Positions 1 through 13,637 of a DNA stretch of 64,000 bases are shown here, piece by piece. Made by a program: the position numbers and the translations under genes. The stretch is taken from positions 11,996-75,995 of the forward strand of contig JAUCBJ010000448.1 in NCBI GenBank assembly GCA_032718475.1, in the 5' to 3' direction. Under the pieces are notes generated by a model, which saw only the letters and a list, made by a program, of their open reading frames with translations, was not told the origin of the DNA and ran no database searches. Positions within the stretch are counted from its first letter, which is position 1. Every line of letters starts with the position of its first letter. Source of the DNA: Nemertoderma westbladi. Taxonomy: Eukaryota > Animalia > Xenacoelomorpha.

Positions 1-651
1 CCGGAGCCCCCAAAACTAAAACCCCTGGGTTACTGCCCCCCCTTGGGGGGGATGGGGGGGGATTATATGAATGGGTTGGTAGGTTCGGTGGTTCTAGAAT
101 TTTACAATTTACGTAAAAAAAAAAGTACAAAAATTTTTCGCTCGCTTCGCTCGCCCCCCCCCCCCCCCCCTCCCCCGCGCGCATTTTACCTACAATATTA
201 TTAACTACATGTAAATCGAAGCTTGCGATAATTTCCAACAGCGTCATATAAATATTTTCCATCCTTACAACTCATAATACTTTTCGCAAAAAATAAATTG
301 TTAATAATATTCAAGTCACATATACAACTACTTGGGTGAGTGTTTGTTACATAGTTGCATATATTTACAACATTAAACCTTTGACAAAAAGTATACAATG
401 TGATGGGCTTACAGAAATTCACAATAAGAAATCTATTCTCGCCAGCAATGGCGGGGGTGTCATAATATGCCCCCCAACCTGTCCTCCTCCTCAGCCTGCT
501 GTTGGACTCCCTGTTTTACTAACACTTTACTATACGACCCTCTGGTAGTATACCCCCTGGTGGGGTCCTACTGCACGGCGACGCCATACGTCTGTGACTT
601 ATAAGTGCCCCACTCGGCTATAAAGAGTGCCCTAGTTTTTTCCCTGGATGT
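1..651 (+). mobile_element. 3' part of a family-A non-autonomous unit (truncated by window start)
   Basis: Near-identical to ~15102-15750 and ~17215-17862. Ends in hairpin + CTGGATGT (644-651). Confidence 0.8.
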
Positions 652-3600
652 ATTGGCCCAAAAACGAAGTGTTCGCGTGTGCGCAGCAATATTAAATCTA
701 AAACGGCCACAAAGACGAAGACAAAGTCGAAGACGGCCACCCTAGTCTTGCGTTAGCTCTTTAGGGATACCAGAATGACGGAGGAGAAGCGTATCTCAGA
801 AAGTAAGCGAGAACCACCAATAAGATGTTCCTAAACCCCCCCCTCGAATTCGCCAACTAGTGTACAAAACTACTTTTGGGTTGATTCCGTCAAAGGGTTC
901 TCCGTCTAGGGCCTTTTTGTAGCCTTTTTTGGACCCCTTTCCAAATTGGGAACTTCTACAAGAGATACGGAGATGCGGTTAACGCCATCGGATAGAGAAT
1001 AAAAATTAATGGTACCATAATCTTTTTTGGGAAATTTCCCCCAAGATCTTGTCCGTGATCAGTAAAAGATCAAAAGATCAAAAGATCGGACACACAGGAC
1101 TTGCTCCTTTTCAAAAGTGTTGAAAGTCAAAAATGTTTATCTCGGTCTGTTTAGGGGGGTTCTAGTAAGAAAATCTCCAAAAATCAATTTTTGACCAAGA
1201 TCCGGATCTCCAAAGATCAGTGATCTCGGAATCGATTATCTTTATAATGAAGCAGTTTCTTCCAATAAAGATGTATGTAAACACCCCCTAGAATCACCCG
1301 ATAAGTCTACCCTAGAAATTTTGGACCGATCCCACAGACGGGTCTCTGGCTAGACACCTTTTGACCAAAATTTTGAAATTTTTCGCTATTTTTGGCCATT
1401 TTTTGCTATTTAATTGTCAAAATGTCAGAAAGTAAGCAAAAACCACCAATAAGATGTTCCGAGAACCCCCACAGAATCGGCCGAGGATCAGCTGAGAGTT
1501 TTTTGGGAGCGATCTGGCCGACGGGTAACCCGCTGGGTCCATTTTGACCCGTTTTTTGACTCTCTTTTTTTAAAAGGTTTGTTCTCGGAAACCGCGTAAC
1601 TAGCGACATTGGGATTAACGCCATTGGAAAGAGCGATAAAACTTGTGTGGAAAACTACCTTTTTGTAGCATGCCGATCAAAATTTCGTCCGTGATCAGCA
1701 AAAGATCAAAAGATCACAAGATCGGACATACAGGACTTGTTCCTTTTCAAAAGTGATGACAGTAAAAAATGTTTCTCTCGGTCCGTTTAGGGGGGTAGTA
1801 AAAAGAAAAATTCAAAAAAATCAATTTTTGACCAAGATCCGGATCTCCAAAGATCAGTGATCGCGGAATCGATTATCTTCATAATGAAGCAGTTTCTTCC
1901 AATAAAGATGTATGTAAACACCCCCTAGAATCACTCGAGGAATCTACGTTATAAATTTTGGACCGATCCGACAGACGGGTCTCTGGCTAGACACCTTTTG
2001 ACCAAAATTTTGCCAATTTTGGCATTTTTTGACCATTTTTTTTTACATAAAATTATCTGTGGAGAAACTAAGCAAATACCACCAATAAGATGTTCCTAGA
2101 CCCCCCCTGGAATCGGTCAAGGAATCCAAAGGTTTTTTTTTAAACTGATCCGATTAACGGGTAACCCGCTGGGTCAGTTTTGACCCAAATTTTGACCAAT
2201 TTTTGACTTTCTTTTTTTAAAAGATTTGTTCTCGGAAACCGCGTAACTAGCGACATTGGGACCAACACCATTGGAAAGAGCATAGGCCAAACCCCCAGAA
2301 AGATCTTTTTTGTGGTATATCGACTAAAATTGTGGCGGTGGTCGCGATCATGATCTTGAAAATGATCTTTTCCATAAAATCTTTTCCGAGGACTTTGGGA
2401 CTAAATTTTCTCCATAGAAATCTTTACTGGAATGTTTCCGAGCGATTAAAAGAAATCCCAACTCGCTAGGCCTACCGGTTCCGGAGATATGATCTTTCAA
2501 AGTTTGACCGTCTGATCGCGGGTTATTTTTAATTTAAACGAGTTTTTAGCCAAAACGGCGATAGCTACAACCGTGGGACCAAGGCCATTGGCGAGAGCAG
2601 CATCGAAAACCCCACCTAAGGTTTTTTTGTGCTGTCTTGATCGTAACTTTGGACTTTATGATCTTTACGATCTTTAAAATGATCTTTTGAATAAAAATTT
2701 TTCCAAGTGTTTTTGGATATCATTTTCATAATAGAAATTGTTCACTGGACTGTTCCAAGTTGATTAAATGAAATTTCAACTCGATAGGCCTACCAACGCC
2801 AGAGATACGAAGATCCAAAATGTGACGTATGATCTTTAAAGATCACTCTATGAAGACTCGGTCGATAATTTTTTTTAAATTAAATGAATGTTAAGAAAGG
2901 TCGCGCGCATCCCACCATTCATCGCGTTCCACGTTGCGGATGACAGCTGCTCCGGAAATCAGACTTTACCAAAAAAAAACCGGATCTTCAAAGATCATTG
3001 CTGAATAAGTCGAGAACCATGAGGGGTATTAAATAACTTTCAACGGCAATAATATTCGGCTCTTCAATGCGCTTCCAACCATGTATTCGGATTTTTCATA
3101 GCATCGATAGTTTTCGAGATATAGCCTTCGAAACATGGGCATGCCTAAACGGGTGTTTGTACCGGTACCTAGGCCTAGCTGTACATCATTGGAGTGATTT
3201 AAACATTCAAATCTTAATCATTCGCGACGGGCTACACGCCAGTATTTAAATTTCTGAAAAAGACCCAGAGGTTCCAGAGATATGAAAATTTTTCAAATGT
3301 ACCTTGCGTCGATCCATCGTCAAAAACGAAAATTTTTACATCTCAATTTTCACCTTGAAGAATTGATTTTAATGAAAAAGTTTCCAGATGAAAAGTGCCG
3401 AGAATCATTAATTACCTTCAAGGGGATGAAATTCGAGTCACTAAAATGAATTTTAAAATTTTTTTTGGTTAAAATTTAGTTTGGACCAGGAACGAGGCTT
3501 AATCTAATATACAGTCAGTTGGCGGAGGGAGCGGAGCGACCGGAGCCCCCAAAACTAAAACCCCTGGGTTACTGCCCCCCTTGGGGGGGGATGGGGGGGG

Positions 3601-4855
3601 AACTATATAAATGGGTTGGTAGGTTCGGTGGTTCTAGAATTTTAGAAATTTACGTAAAAAAAAGTGCAAAAATTTTTCGCTCGCTTCGCTCGCGCCCCCC
3701 GCGCGCATTTTAACTTGTTACTTTTTCAATACCAGTCCTACAATATTATTAACTACATGTTAATCTTAGCTTACGATAATTTCCAACAGCGTCATATAAA
3801 TATTTTCCATCCTTACAACTCTAATACTTTTCGCAAAAAATAAATTGTTAATAATATTCAAGTCACATATACAATTACTTGGGTGAGTGTTTGTAACATA
3901 GTTGCATATATTTACAACATTAAACCTTTGACAAAAAGTCTACAATGTGATGGGCTTACAGAATTTCTCAACAGACAATTATGCTCGCCAGCAATGGTGG
4001 GGTGTCATAATGTCCCCCCCCCCTGGTAGTATACCATCTGGTGGTACTGCATGCCATACGTCTGTGACTTATTAAAATCTCAAAAAAAAATTGTATTTCT
4101 TACTTATAGTGTTTAGATTAAGTCAATAAATACATACTTTATTTATATTCACATTTTAAATGTTTAAAAACTCAAAAAAATTTTCGCTCGATTTGCTTGT
4201 GCAGCACCCTGTCTTTTGAAATGTAAAAAAACGTCAAAAAATTTTCCGCTCGCTTCGCTCGCGCAGCGCCCTCCCTTTTTAACTGTCAAAAAAATTTAAA
4301 AGTTTTCCGCTCGCTTCGCTCGCAAGTGGTCCTTGCATTCAGTGTTTTCACAAAGTAAATAAATACATACTTTACACTATTTTTCAGGTGATATATATTA
4401 TTCGTGTGACGAAATGATTCCATCTTGCACACTGCGTATATTCTACATTACAGGTGTGCAATAATAATAAATGAGGGGTTTTTAGACCACCTCTTGACAT
4501 CTACTTTAGTAACATATATATAACATACATGTGCAATGCACATTTTGTCCCTCCACGTGGATTGAAAGTGTACAACATTCTACCCCCCCCCCCCCCCTTC
4601 CACATTTACACTCCCAGGAGTTCCCTATGCTTGCCTTTTTGCTTGCCTTTTTATTAACACTTTACTATACGACCCTAGGGTAGTATACCCCCTGGTGGGG
4701 TCCTACTGCATGCCATACGTCTGTGACTTACAAGTGCCCCACTCGGCTATAGAAGTATACCCCCTGGTGGGGTCCTACTGCTGTACGCCATACGTCTGTG
4801 ACTCTAAGTGCCCCACTCGGCTATAAAGAGTGCCCCTAGTTTTTTCCCTGGATGT
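652..4855 (+). mobile_element. Non-autonomous unit, long family-A variant (4204 bp)
   Basis: A-type 5' cassette. Three diverged ~630-bp sub-repeats (accaccaataagatgttcc at ~813, ~1442, ~2078). Extra sequence at ~4075-4650 and a duplicated 3' end (~4683-4752). Ends at CTGGATGT 4848-4855. Confidence 0.78.
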
Positions 4856-7077
4856 TTTGGGCCCAATCGGCAAGGATTGTTGATCTACGATCGTCTTATA
4901 TCCCCCCGCCCCCCCACCCTTCGAGTTGTTCCTCGAACCATATGTTAGGCGTTTATCGCGCTTTAGGGGTAGCCTTTTTTAGATTGAAGAAGGCTATCTC
5001 TGAAAGTAGGCGAAAACCACCAATAAGATGTTCCTAGACCCCCCCCAGAATGGGCCAACTAAGAACAGAGAAATTTTTGGGACCGATCCGATGGACCGTT
5101 AACCCGCTGGGTCGATTTTGACCCGTTTTTGACCCATTTTTAGGGTAGCAATTTTAAAAAGCTTAATTTTTTGGGAAGATCGTCACCCCGGAAGATGGGA
5201 CCAACGCAGTTGGATAGAGGAAGGTCCAAACCCTTGGAAAGTAATGTTTCAGTTAATATCGATCAACTTTCCGTCCGTGATCAGTAAAAGATCGTAAAGA
5301 TCGTGTTTGACCGCGAATCGGACAGAGAAGGAGTGCTCCAATCGAAAAGTGGTCAAAGTCAAAAGTGTTTCTCATCCCCGATTTAGGGGGGGTAGCCAAA
5401 ATTTCAAAACGTCAAAATTAATTTTTCATCAAGATCATGATCTTCGAAAAGATCATAAAAATAAAATTTTTTCCAAGACATTTGGAGCTTAATTTTCTTA
5501 ATAGAAATTGTTTACTGGACTGTTTCGAGGTGATTAAAAGAAATTCCAACTCGATTGGCCTACCGGTACCGGAGATATGAAGATCCAAAGTCTGACGTTT
5601 GATCTTTGAAGATCGCTCTATGAAGACTCGGTCGATAAATTTTTTTAAATAATATGAATGTTTAGAAAGGTGGCGCGCTTCCAACAATGTATCGCGTTTC
5701 AAGATGCGGATGACAGCTGCTCCGGAAATCAGACTTTACCAAAAAAAAACCGGATCTCCAAAGATCATTGATGAATAAGTCGAGAACCGTAAGAGATATT
5801 GGAAAACTTTCAACGGCAATAATATTCGCCTCTTCAATACGCTTCGAACCATGTATTCGGATTTTTCATACTGTCGATATTTTTCGAGATACAGCCTTCG
5901 GAACATTGGTATGCCTAAACGGGTGTTTGTACCGGTACCTAGGCCTAGCTGTGCTTATTTTATTTCAATTATACATTCGGATCGTCATCATTTGCGACGG
6001 GCTACACGCCAGTTTTTAAATTTTTGAAAAAGACCCAGCGGTTCCAGAGATATGAAAATTTTTCAAATGTACCTCGCGTCGATCGAAAAGTGCCGTCGTC
6101 GAAAACGGAAAATTTTAAAACTCAATTTTCACCAAGAAGAATTCACTTTGGTGAAAAAGTTTCCAGATGAAAAGTGCTTAGAATCATTAATTACATACAA
6201 GGAGATGAAATTCGAGTCACTAAAATGAATTAAAAAAAAAAAAATTTCAAAAAGTAAAATTTTTCCAAGTATTGATATTAGATAGGTTTATTAGTTATGC
6301 ATTTGAATTTAACTTTAACCTTATGATATTGTATTGACTATAGAGAGTATTAGAAGGTTGTATAATGTTCTTTAAAAGTCAAAAAATTTTTCGCTCGCTT
6401 CGCTCGCAGGTCGCCCCCTTTACATTACTCAAACCATTTGGCGGAGGGAGCGGAAGCGACCGACGCCCCCTTTTTGGAGGGGGGGTATGGGGGGGGCGAT
6501 TCCCCGCCCCCCACATGCTGTTTTTAAAATGGGATGGTGGGTGGGTTTATTTATTCATTAACATTTCCGTTCATTGTAAGTTTAGTGATTGGTGGGGGTG
6601 GTGGGGGTTAACCCCCACATTATTCGAAGTTTAGTTAGTGGTAAGTTTGGTGGGGGTGGTGGGGGTCATCCCCCACTTTCGCATTTCATTATATGGGATG
6701 TTTTTTTGAACCTTATTCTGAAAACTCTTGCATTCTCCTATAAAAGAGCACTTTGATTTATAAAAGAGCGCTTTGATTTCTAAATGTCACTGTGCCGGGG
6801 AGGCACCAGACATAATAATATTAGTACTAAGGACTGGTGCATGAGGAGGGCGGCTGCCAAGTATAACGTCTGTGACCTACTTCTGCGACATACGTCTGTG
6901 ACTTATATCTGTGACTTACGTCTGTGACATATGACCTACATCTATCTGTGACCTACGTCTGTGACCTACGTCTGTGACTGACTTACGTCTGTGACTAAAA
7001 AGAGGGTTTTTGATCCCTACCCACTACACAAGTGCCCCACTCGGCTACAGAGAGTGCTAGTGGATTTACCTGGATGT
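4856..7077 (+). mobile_element. Non-autonomous unit, family B (2222 bp)
   Basis: Between junction cores 4848-4855 and 7070-7077. Near-identical to 9199-11418 and 11419-13637. Confidence 0.8.
6867..6996. repeat. Subterminal cluster of (cg)tctgtgac direct repeats in family-B units (also ~11208-11337 and ~13427-13556)
   Basis: About 8 copies of tctgtgac ending ~35 bp before the terminal hairpin motif. Confidence 0.85.
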
Positions 7078-9198
7078 TCTGGCCCCAAAACGAAGTGTTC
7101 GCGTATGCGCAGCAATATTAAATCTAAAACGGCCACAAAGACGAAGACAAAGTCGAAGACGGCCACCCTAGTCTTGCGTTAGCTCTTTAGGGATACCATT
7201 TTTGCGGAGGAGAAGCTTATCTCAGAAAGTAAGCTAGAACCACCAATAAGATGTTCCTAGACCCCCCCCCAGAATCGACTGAAAAGTCCGCAAGACTTTT
7301 TTTGGAGCGATCCGGCCGACGGGTAACCCGCTGGGTCCATTTTGACCCGTTTTTTCCCATTTTTCGGAGTAGAAATTTTTAAAGCATTTGTTTGAGAGAA
7401 CGACGCTCTCCCCCCAACAAGGGGCCAACGCAGTTCGAAAGAGCAAGGTCCAAACCCCCCAAAAGTACCTTTTGGGTATACGCCGACAAATATTTTGTCC
7501 GCGATCAGTAAAAGATCATGAAGATCGTGTTTGATCGCGAATCGGACAGAGAAGGAGTTTCCACATCTGAAAATGGTCTAGCCCATCGTCTTTCTCGTCC
7601 CCGAATTGTGGGGGGTAGCCGGAAGCCCAATTTCTCAAAATTTATTCTTGACCATGATCGCGATCGTCGAAAAGATCGTAAATGATCTTTAACTTTAAAG
7701 CTATTTGGGACTTAATTTTCTTAATAGAAATTGTTGACTGGACTGTTGCGAGTTGATTAAAAGAAATTTCAACTCGATAGGCCTACCCGTACCGGAGATA
7801 CAAAGATCCAAAGTCTGACGTATGATCTTTAAAGATCACCCTATGATGACTCGGTCGGTAATTTTTTTTAAATTAAATGAATGTTTAGAAAGGTCGCGCG
7901 CATCCAACCATGCATCGCGTTCCACGTTGCGGATGACAGCTGCTCCGGAAATCAGACTTTACCAAAAAAAAACCGGATCTTCAAAGATCATTGCCGAATA
8001 AGTCGAGAACCGTAAGGGCTATGAAAAAACTTTCAACGGCAATAATATTCGCCTCTTCAATGCGCTTCCAACCATGTATTTGGATTTTTCGTAGCGTCGA
8101 TATTTTTCGAGATATAGCCTTCGAAACGTGGGTATGCCAAAACGGGTCTTTGTACCGGTACCTAGGCCTAGCTGTACACGATTGGAGTGATTTAAACAGT
8201 GGAATCTTAATGATTCGCGACGGGCTACACGCCAGTTTTTAAATTTCTGAAAAAGACCCAGCGGTTGCAGAGATATGAAAATTTTTCAAATGTACCTCGC
8301 GTCGATCGAAAAGTGCCATCGTCGAAAACGAAAAATTTTAAATCTCAATTTTCACCATGAAGAATTGATTTTGATGAAAAAGTCTCCAGATGAAAAGTGC
8401 TCAGAATCATTAATTACCTACAAGGGGATGAAATTCGAGTCACTAAAATGAATTTTAAAATTTTTTTTGGTTAAAATTTAGTTTGGACCAGGAACGAGGC
8501 TTAATCTAATATACAGTCAGTTGGCGGAGGGAGCGGAGCGACCGGAGCCCCCAAAACTAAAACCCCTGGGTTACTGCCCCCCCTTGGGGGGGATGGGGGG
8601 GGGGGACTATATAAATGGGTTGGTAGGTTCGGTGGTTCTAGAATTTTACAATTTACGTAAAAAAAAAGTGCAAAAATTTTTCGCTCGCTTCGCTCGCGCC
8701 CCCCGCGCGCATTTTCACTTGTTACTTTTTCAATAAAGTCCTACAATATTATTAACTACATGTAAATCGAAGCTTACGATAATTTCCAACAGCGTCATAT
8801 AAATATTTTCCATCCTTACAACTCTAATACTTTTCGCAAAAAATAAATTGTTAATAATATTCAAGTCACATATACAACTACTTGGGTGAGTGTTTGTAAC
8901 ATAGTTGCATATATTTACAACATTAAACCTTTGACAAAAAGTATACAATGTGATGGGCTTACAGAATTTCACAATAAGAAATCTATTCTCGCCAGCAATG
9001 GCGGGGGTGTCATAATATGCCCCCCAACCTGTCCTCCTCCTCAGCCTGCTGTTGGACTCCCTGTTTTAACAACACTTTACTATACGACCCTCTGGTAGTA
9101 TACCCCCTGGTGGGGTCCTACTGCTGTACGCCATACGTCTGTGACTACAAGTGCCCCACTCGGCTATAAAGAGTGCCCCTAGTTTTTTCCCTGGATGT
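7078..9198 (+). mobile_element. Non-autonomous unit, family A (2121 bp)
   Basis: Between junction cores 7070-7077 and 9191-9198. Near-identical to 13638-15750 and 15751-17862. Confidence 0.8.
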
Positions 9199-11418
9199 TT
9201 TGGGCCTCAATCGGAAAGGATTGTTGATCTACGATCGTCTTATATCCCCCCGCCCCCCCACCCTTCGAGTTGTTCCTCGAACCATATGTTAGGCGTTTAT
9301 CGCGCTTTAGGGATAGCCTTTTTTAGATTGAAGAAGGCTATCTCTGAAAGTAGGCGAAAACCACCAATAAGATGTTCCTAGACCCCCCCCAGAATGGGCC
9401 AACTAAGCCACAGAGACTTTTTTGGGACCGATCCGATCGACCGTTAACCCGCTGGGTCGATTTTGACCCGTTTTTGACCCATTTTTAGGGTAGCAATTTT
9501 AAAAAGCTTAATTTTTTGGGAAGATCGTCACCCCGGAAGATGGGACCAACGCAGTTGGATAGAGGAAGGTCCAAACCCTAGGAAAGTAATGTTTCAGTTC
9601 ATATCGATCAACTTTCCGTCCGTGATCAGTAAAAGATCGTAAAGATCGTGTTTGACCGCGAATCGGACAGAGAAGGAGTGCTCCAATCGAAAAGTGGTCA
9701 AAGTCAAAAGTGTTTCTCATCCCCGATTTAGGGGGGGTAGCCAAAATTTCAAAACGTCAAAATTAATTTTTCATCAAGATCATGATCTTCGAAAAGATCG
9801 TAAAAATAAAATTTTTTCCAAGACATTTGGAGCTTAATTATCTTAATAGAAATTGTTTACTGGACTGTTTCGAGGTGATTAAAAGAAATTCCAACTCGAT
9901 TGGCCTACCGGTACCGGAGATATGAAGATCCAAAGTCTGACGTATGATCTTTGAAGATCGCTCTATGAAGACTCGGTCGATAAATTTATTTAAATAATAT
10001 GAATGTTTAGAAAGGTGGCGCGCTTCCAACAATGTATCGCGTTTCAAGATGCGGATGACTGCTGCTCCGGAAATCAGACTTTACCAAAAAAAAACCGGAT
10101 CTCCAAAGATCATTGATGAATAAGTCGAGAACCGTAAGAGGTATTAGAAAACTTTCAACGGCAATAATATTCGCCTCTTCAATACGCTTCGAACCATGTA
10201 TTCGGAATTTTCGTACTGTTGATAGTTTTCGAGATACAGCCTTCGGAACATTGGTATGCCTAAACGCGTGTTTGTACCGGTACCTAGGCCTAGCTGTGCT
10301 TATTTTATTTCAATTATACATTCGGATCGTCATCATTTGCGACGGGCTACCCGCCAGTCTTTAAATTTTTGAAAAAGACCCAGCGGTTCCAGAGATATGA
10401 AAATTTTTCAAATGTACCTCGCGTCGATCGAAAAGTGCCGTCGTTGAAAACGGAAAATTTTAAAACTCAATTTTCACCAAAAAGAATTGACTTTGGTGAA
10501 AAAGTTTCCAGATGAAAAGTGCTTAGAATCATTAATTACATACAAGGAGATGAAATTCGAGTCACTAAAATGAATTAAAAAAAAAAAATTTCAAAAAGTA
10601 AAATTTTTCCAAGTATTGATATTAGATAGGTTTATTAGTTATGCATTTGAATTTAACTTTAACCTATGATATTGTATTGACTCTAGAGAGTAATGGAAGG
10701 TTGTATAATGTTCTTTAAAAGTCAAAAAAATTTTCGCTCGCTTCGCTCGCGGGTCGCCCCCTTTACATTTCTCAAACCATTTGGCGGAGGGAGCGGAAGC
10801 GACCGACGCCCCCTTTTTGGAGGGGGGGTATGGGGGGGCGATTCCCCGCCCCCCACATGCTGTTTTTAAAATGGGATGGTGGGTGGGTTTATTTATTCAT
10901 TATCATTTCTGTTCATTGTAAGTTTAGTTATTGGTGGGGGTGGTGGGGGTTAACCCCCACATTATTCAAAGTTTAGTTAGTGGTAAGTTTGGTGGGGGTG
11001 GTGGGGGTTATCCCCCACTTTCTCATTTCATTATATGGGATGTTTTTTTGAACCTTATTCTGAAAACTCTTGCATTCTCCTATAAAAGAGCACTTTGATT
11101 TATAAAAGAGCGCTTTGATTTCTAAATGTCACTGTGCCGGGGAGGCACCAGACATAATAATATTAGTACAAGGACTGGTGCATGAGGAGGGCGGCTGCCA
11201 AGTATAACGTCTGTGACCTACTTCTGCGACATACGTCTGTGACTTATATCTGTGACTTACGTCTGTGACATATGACCTACATCTATCTGTGACCTACGTC
11301 TGTGACCTACGTCTGTGACTGACTTACGTCTGTGACTAAAAAGAGGGTTTTTGATCCCTACCCACTACAAAAGTGCCCCACTCGGCTACAGAGAGTGCTA
11401 GTGGATTTACCTGGATGT
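9199..11418 (+). mobile_element. Non-autonomous unit, family B (2220 bp)
   Basis: Between junction cores 9191-9198 and 11411-11418. B-type 5' cassette and cgtctgtgac repeats near the 3' end. Confidence 0.8.
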
Positions 11419-13637
11419 TTTGGGCCCAATCGAGAAGGATTGTTGATCTACGATCGTCTTATATCCCCCCGCCCCCCCACCCTTCGAGTTGTTCCTCGAA
11501 CCATATGTTAGGCGTTTATCGCGCTTTAGGGATAGCCTTTTTTAGATTGAAGAAGGCTATCTCTGAAAGTAGGCGAAAACCACCAATAAGATGTTCCTAG
11601 ACCCCCCCCAGAATGGGCCAACTAAGAACAGAGAAATTTTTGGGACCGATCCGATGGACCGTTAACCCGCTGGGTCGATTTTGACCCGTTTTTGACCCAT
11701 TTTTAGGGTAGCAATTTTAAAAAGCTTAATTTTTTGGGAAGATCGTCACCCCGGAAGATGGGACCAACGCAGTTGGATAGAGGAAGGTCCAAACCCTAGG
11801 AAAGTCTTTTTGGTTAATATCGATCAACTTTCCGTCCGTGATCAGTAAAAGATCGTAAAGATCGTGTTTGACCGCGAATCGGACAGAGAAGGAGTGCTCC
11901 AATCGAAAAGTGGTCAAAGTCAAAAGTGTTTCTCATCCCCGATTTAGGGGGGGTAGCCAAAATTTCAAAACGTCAAAATTAATTTTTCATCAAGATCATG
12001 ATCTTCGAAAAGATCATAAAAATAAAATTTTTTCTAAGACATTTGGAGCTTAATTTTCTTAATAGAAATTGTTTACTGGACTGTTTCGAGGTGATTAAAA
12101 GAAATTCCAACTCGATTGGCCTACCGGTACCGGAGATATGAAGATCCAAAGTCTGACGTATGATCTTTGAAGATCGCTCTATGAAGACTCGGTCGATAAA
12201 TTTTTTTAAATAATATGAATGTTTAGAAAGGTGGCGCGCTTCCAACAATGTATCGCGTTTCAAGATGCGGATGACAGCTGCTCCGGAAATCAGACTTTAC
12301 AAAAAAAAAACCGGATCTCCAAAGATCATTGATGAATAAGTCGAGAACCATAAGAGATATTCGAAAACTTTCAACGGCAATAATATTCGCCTCTTCAATA
12401 CGCTTCGAACCATGTATTCGGATTTTCCATACTGTCGATATTTTTCGAGATACAGCCTTCGGAACATTGGTATGCCTAAACGGGTGTTTGTACCGGTACC
12501 TAGGCCTAGCTGTGCTTATTTTATTTCAATTATACATTCGGATCGTCATCATTTGCGACGGGCTACACGCCAGTTTTTAAATTTTTGAAAAAGACCCAAC
12601 GGTTCCAGAGATATGAAAATTTTTCAAATGTACCTCGCGTCGATCGAAAAGTGGCGTCGTCGAAAACGGAAAATTTTAAAACTCAATTTTCACCAAGAAG
12701 AATTGACTTTGGTGAAAAAGTTTCCAGATGAAAAGTGCTTAGAATCATTAATTACATACAAGGAGATGAAATTCGAGTCACTAAAATGAATTAAAAAAAA
12801 AAAAATTTCAAAAAGTAAAATTTTTCCAAGTATTGATATTAGATAGGTTTATTAGTTATGCATTTGAATTTAACTTTAACCTTATGATATTGTATTGACT
12901 ATAGAGAGTATTAGAAGGTTGTATAATGTTCTTTAAAAGTCAAAAAATTTTTCGCTCGCTTCGCTCGCAGGTCGCCCCCTTTACATTACTCAAACCATTT
13001 GGCGGAGGGAGCGGAAGCGACCGACGCCCCCTTTTTGGAGGGGGGGTATGGGGGGGGCGATTCCCCGCCCCCCACATGCTGTTTTTAAAATGGGATGGTG
13101 GGTGGGTTTACTTATTCATTATCATTTCTGTTCATTGTAAGTTTAGTTATTGGTGGGGGTGGTGGGGGTTAACCCCCACATTATTCAAAGTTTAGTTAGT
13201 GGTAAGTTTGGTGGGGGTGGTGGGGGTTATCCCCCACTTGCACATTTCATTATATGGGATGTTTTTTTGAACCTTATTCTGAAAACTCTTGCATTCTCCT
13301 ATAAAAGAGCACTTTGATTTATAAAAGAGCGCTTTGATTTCTAAATGTCACTGTGCCGGGGAGGCACCAGACATAATAATATTAGTACAAGGACTGGTGC
13401 ATGAGGAGGGCGGCTGCCAAGTATAACGTCTGTGACCTACTTCTGCGACATACGTCTGTGACTTATATCTGTGACTTACGTCTGTGACGTATGACCTACA
13501 TCTATCTGTGACCTACGTCTGTGACCTACGTCTGTGACTGACTTACGTCTGTGACTAAAAAGAGGGTTTTTGATCCCTACCTACTACTAAAGTGCCCCAC
13601 TCGGCTACAGAGAGTGCTAGTCGATTTCCCTGGATGT
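11419..13637 (+). mobile_element. Non-autonomous unit, family B (2219 bp)
   Basis: Between junction cores 11411-11418 and 13630-13637. Confidence 0.8.

Noticed and set aside
603-800. Conserved motif followed by variable cassette read as a repeat-spacer guide-RNA array
   Set aside because: Cassettes recur by family, are self-complementary and are kilobases apart. I saw no match to a target, so element termini explain them better.
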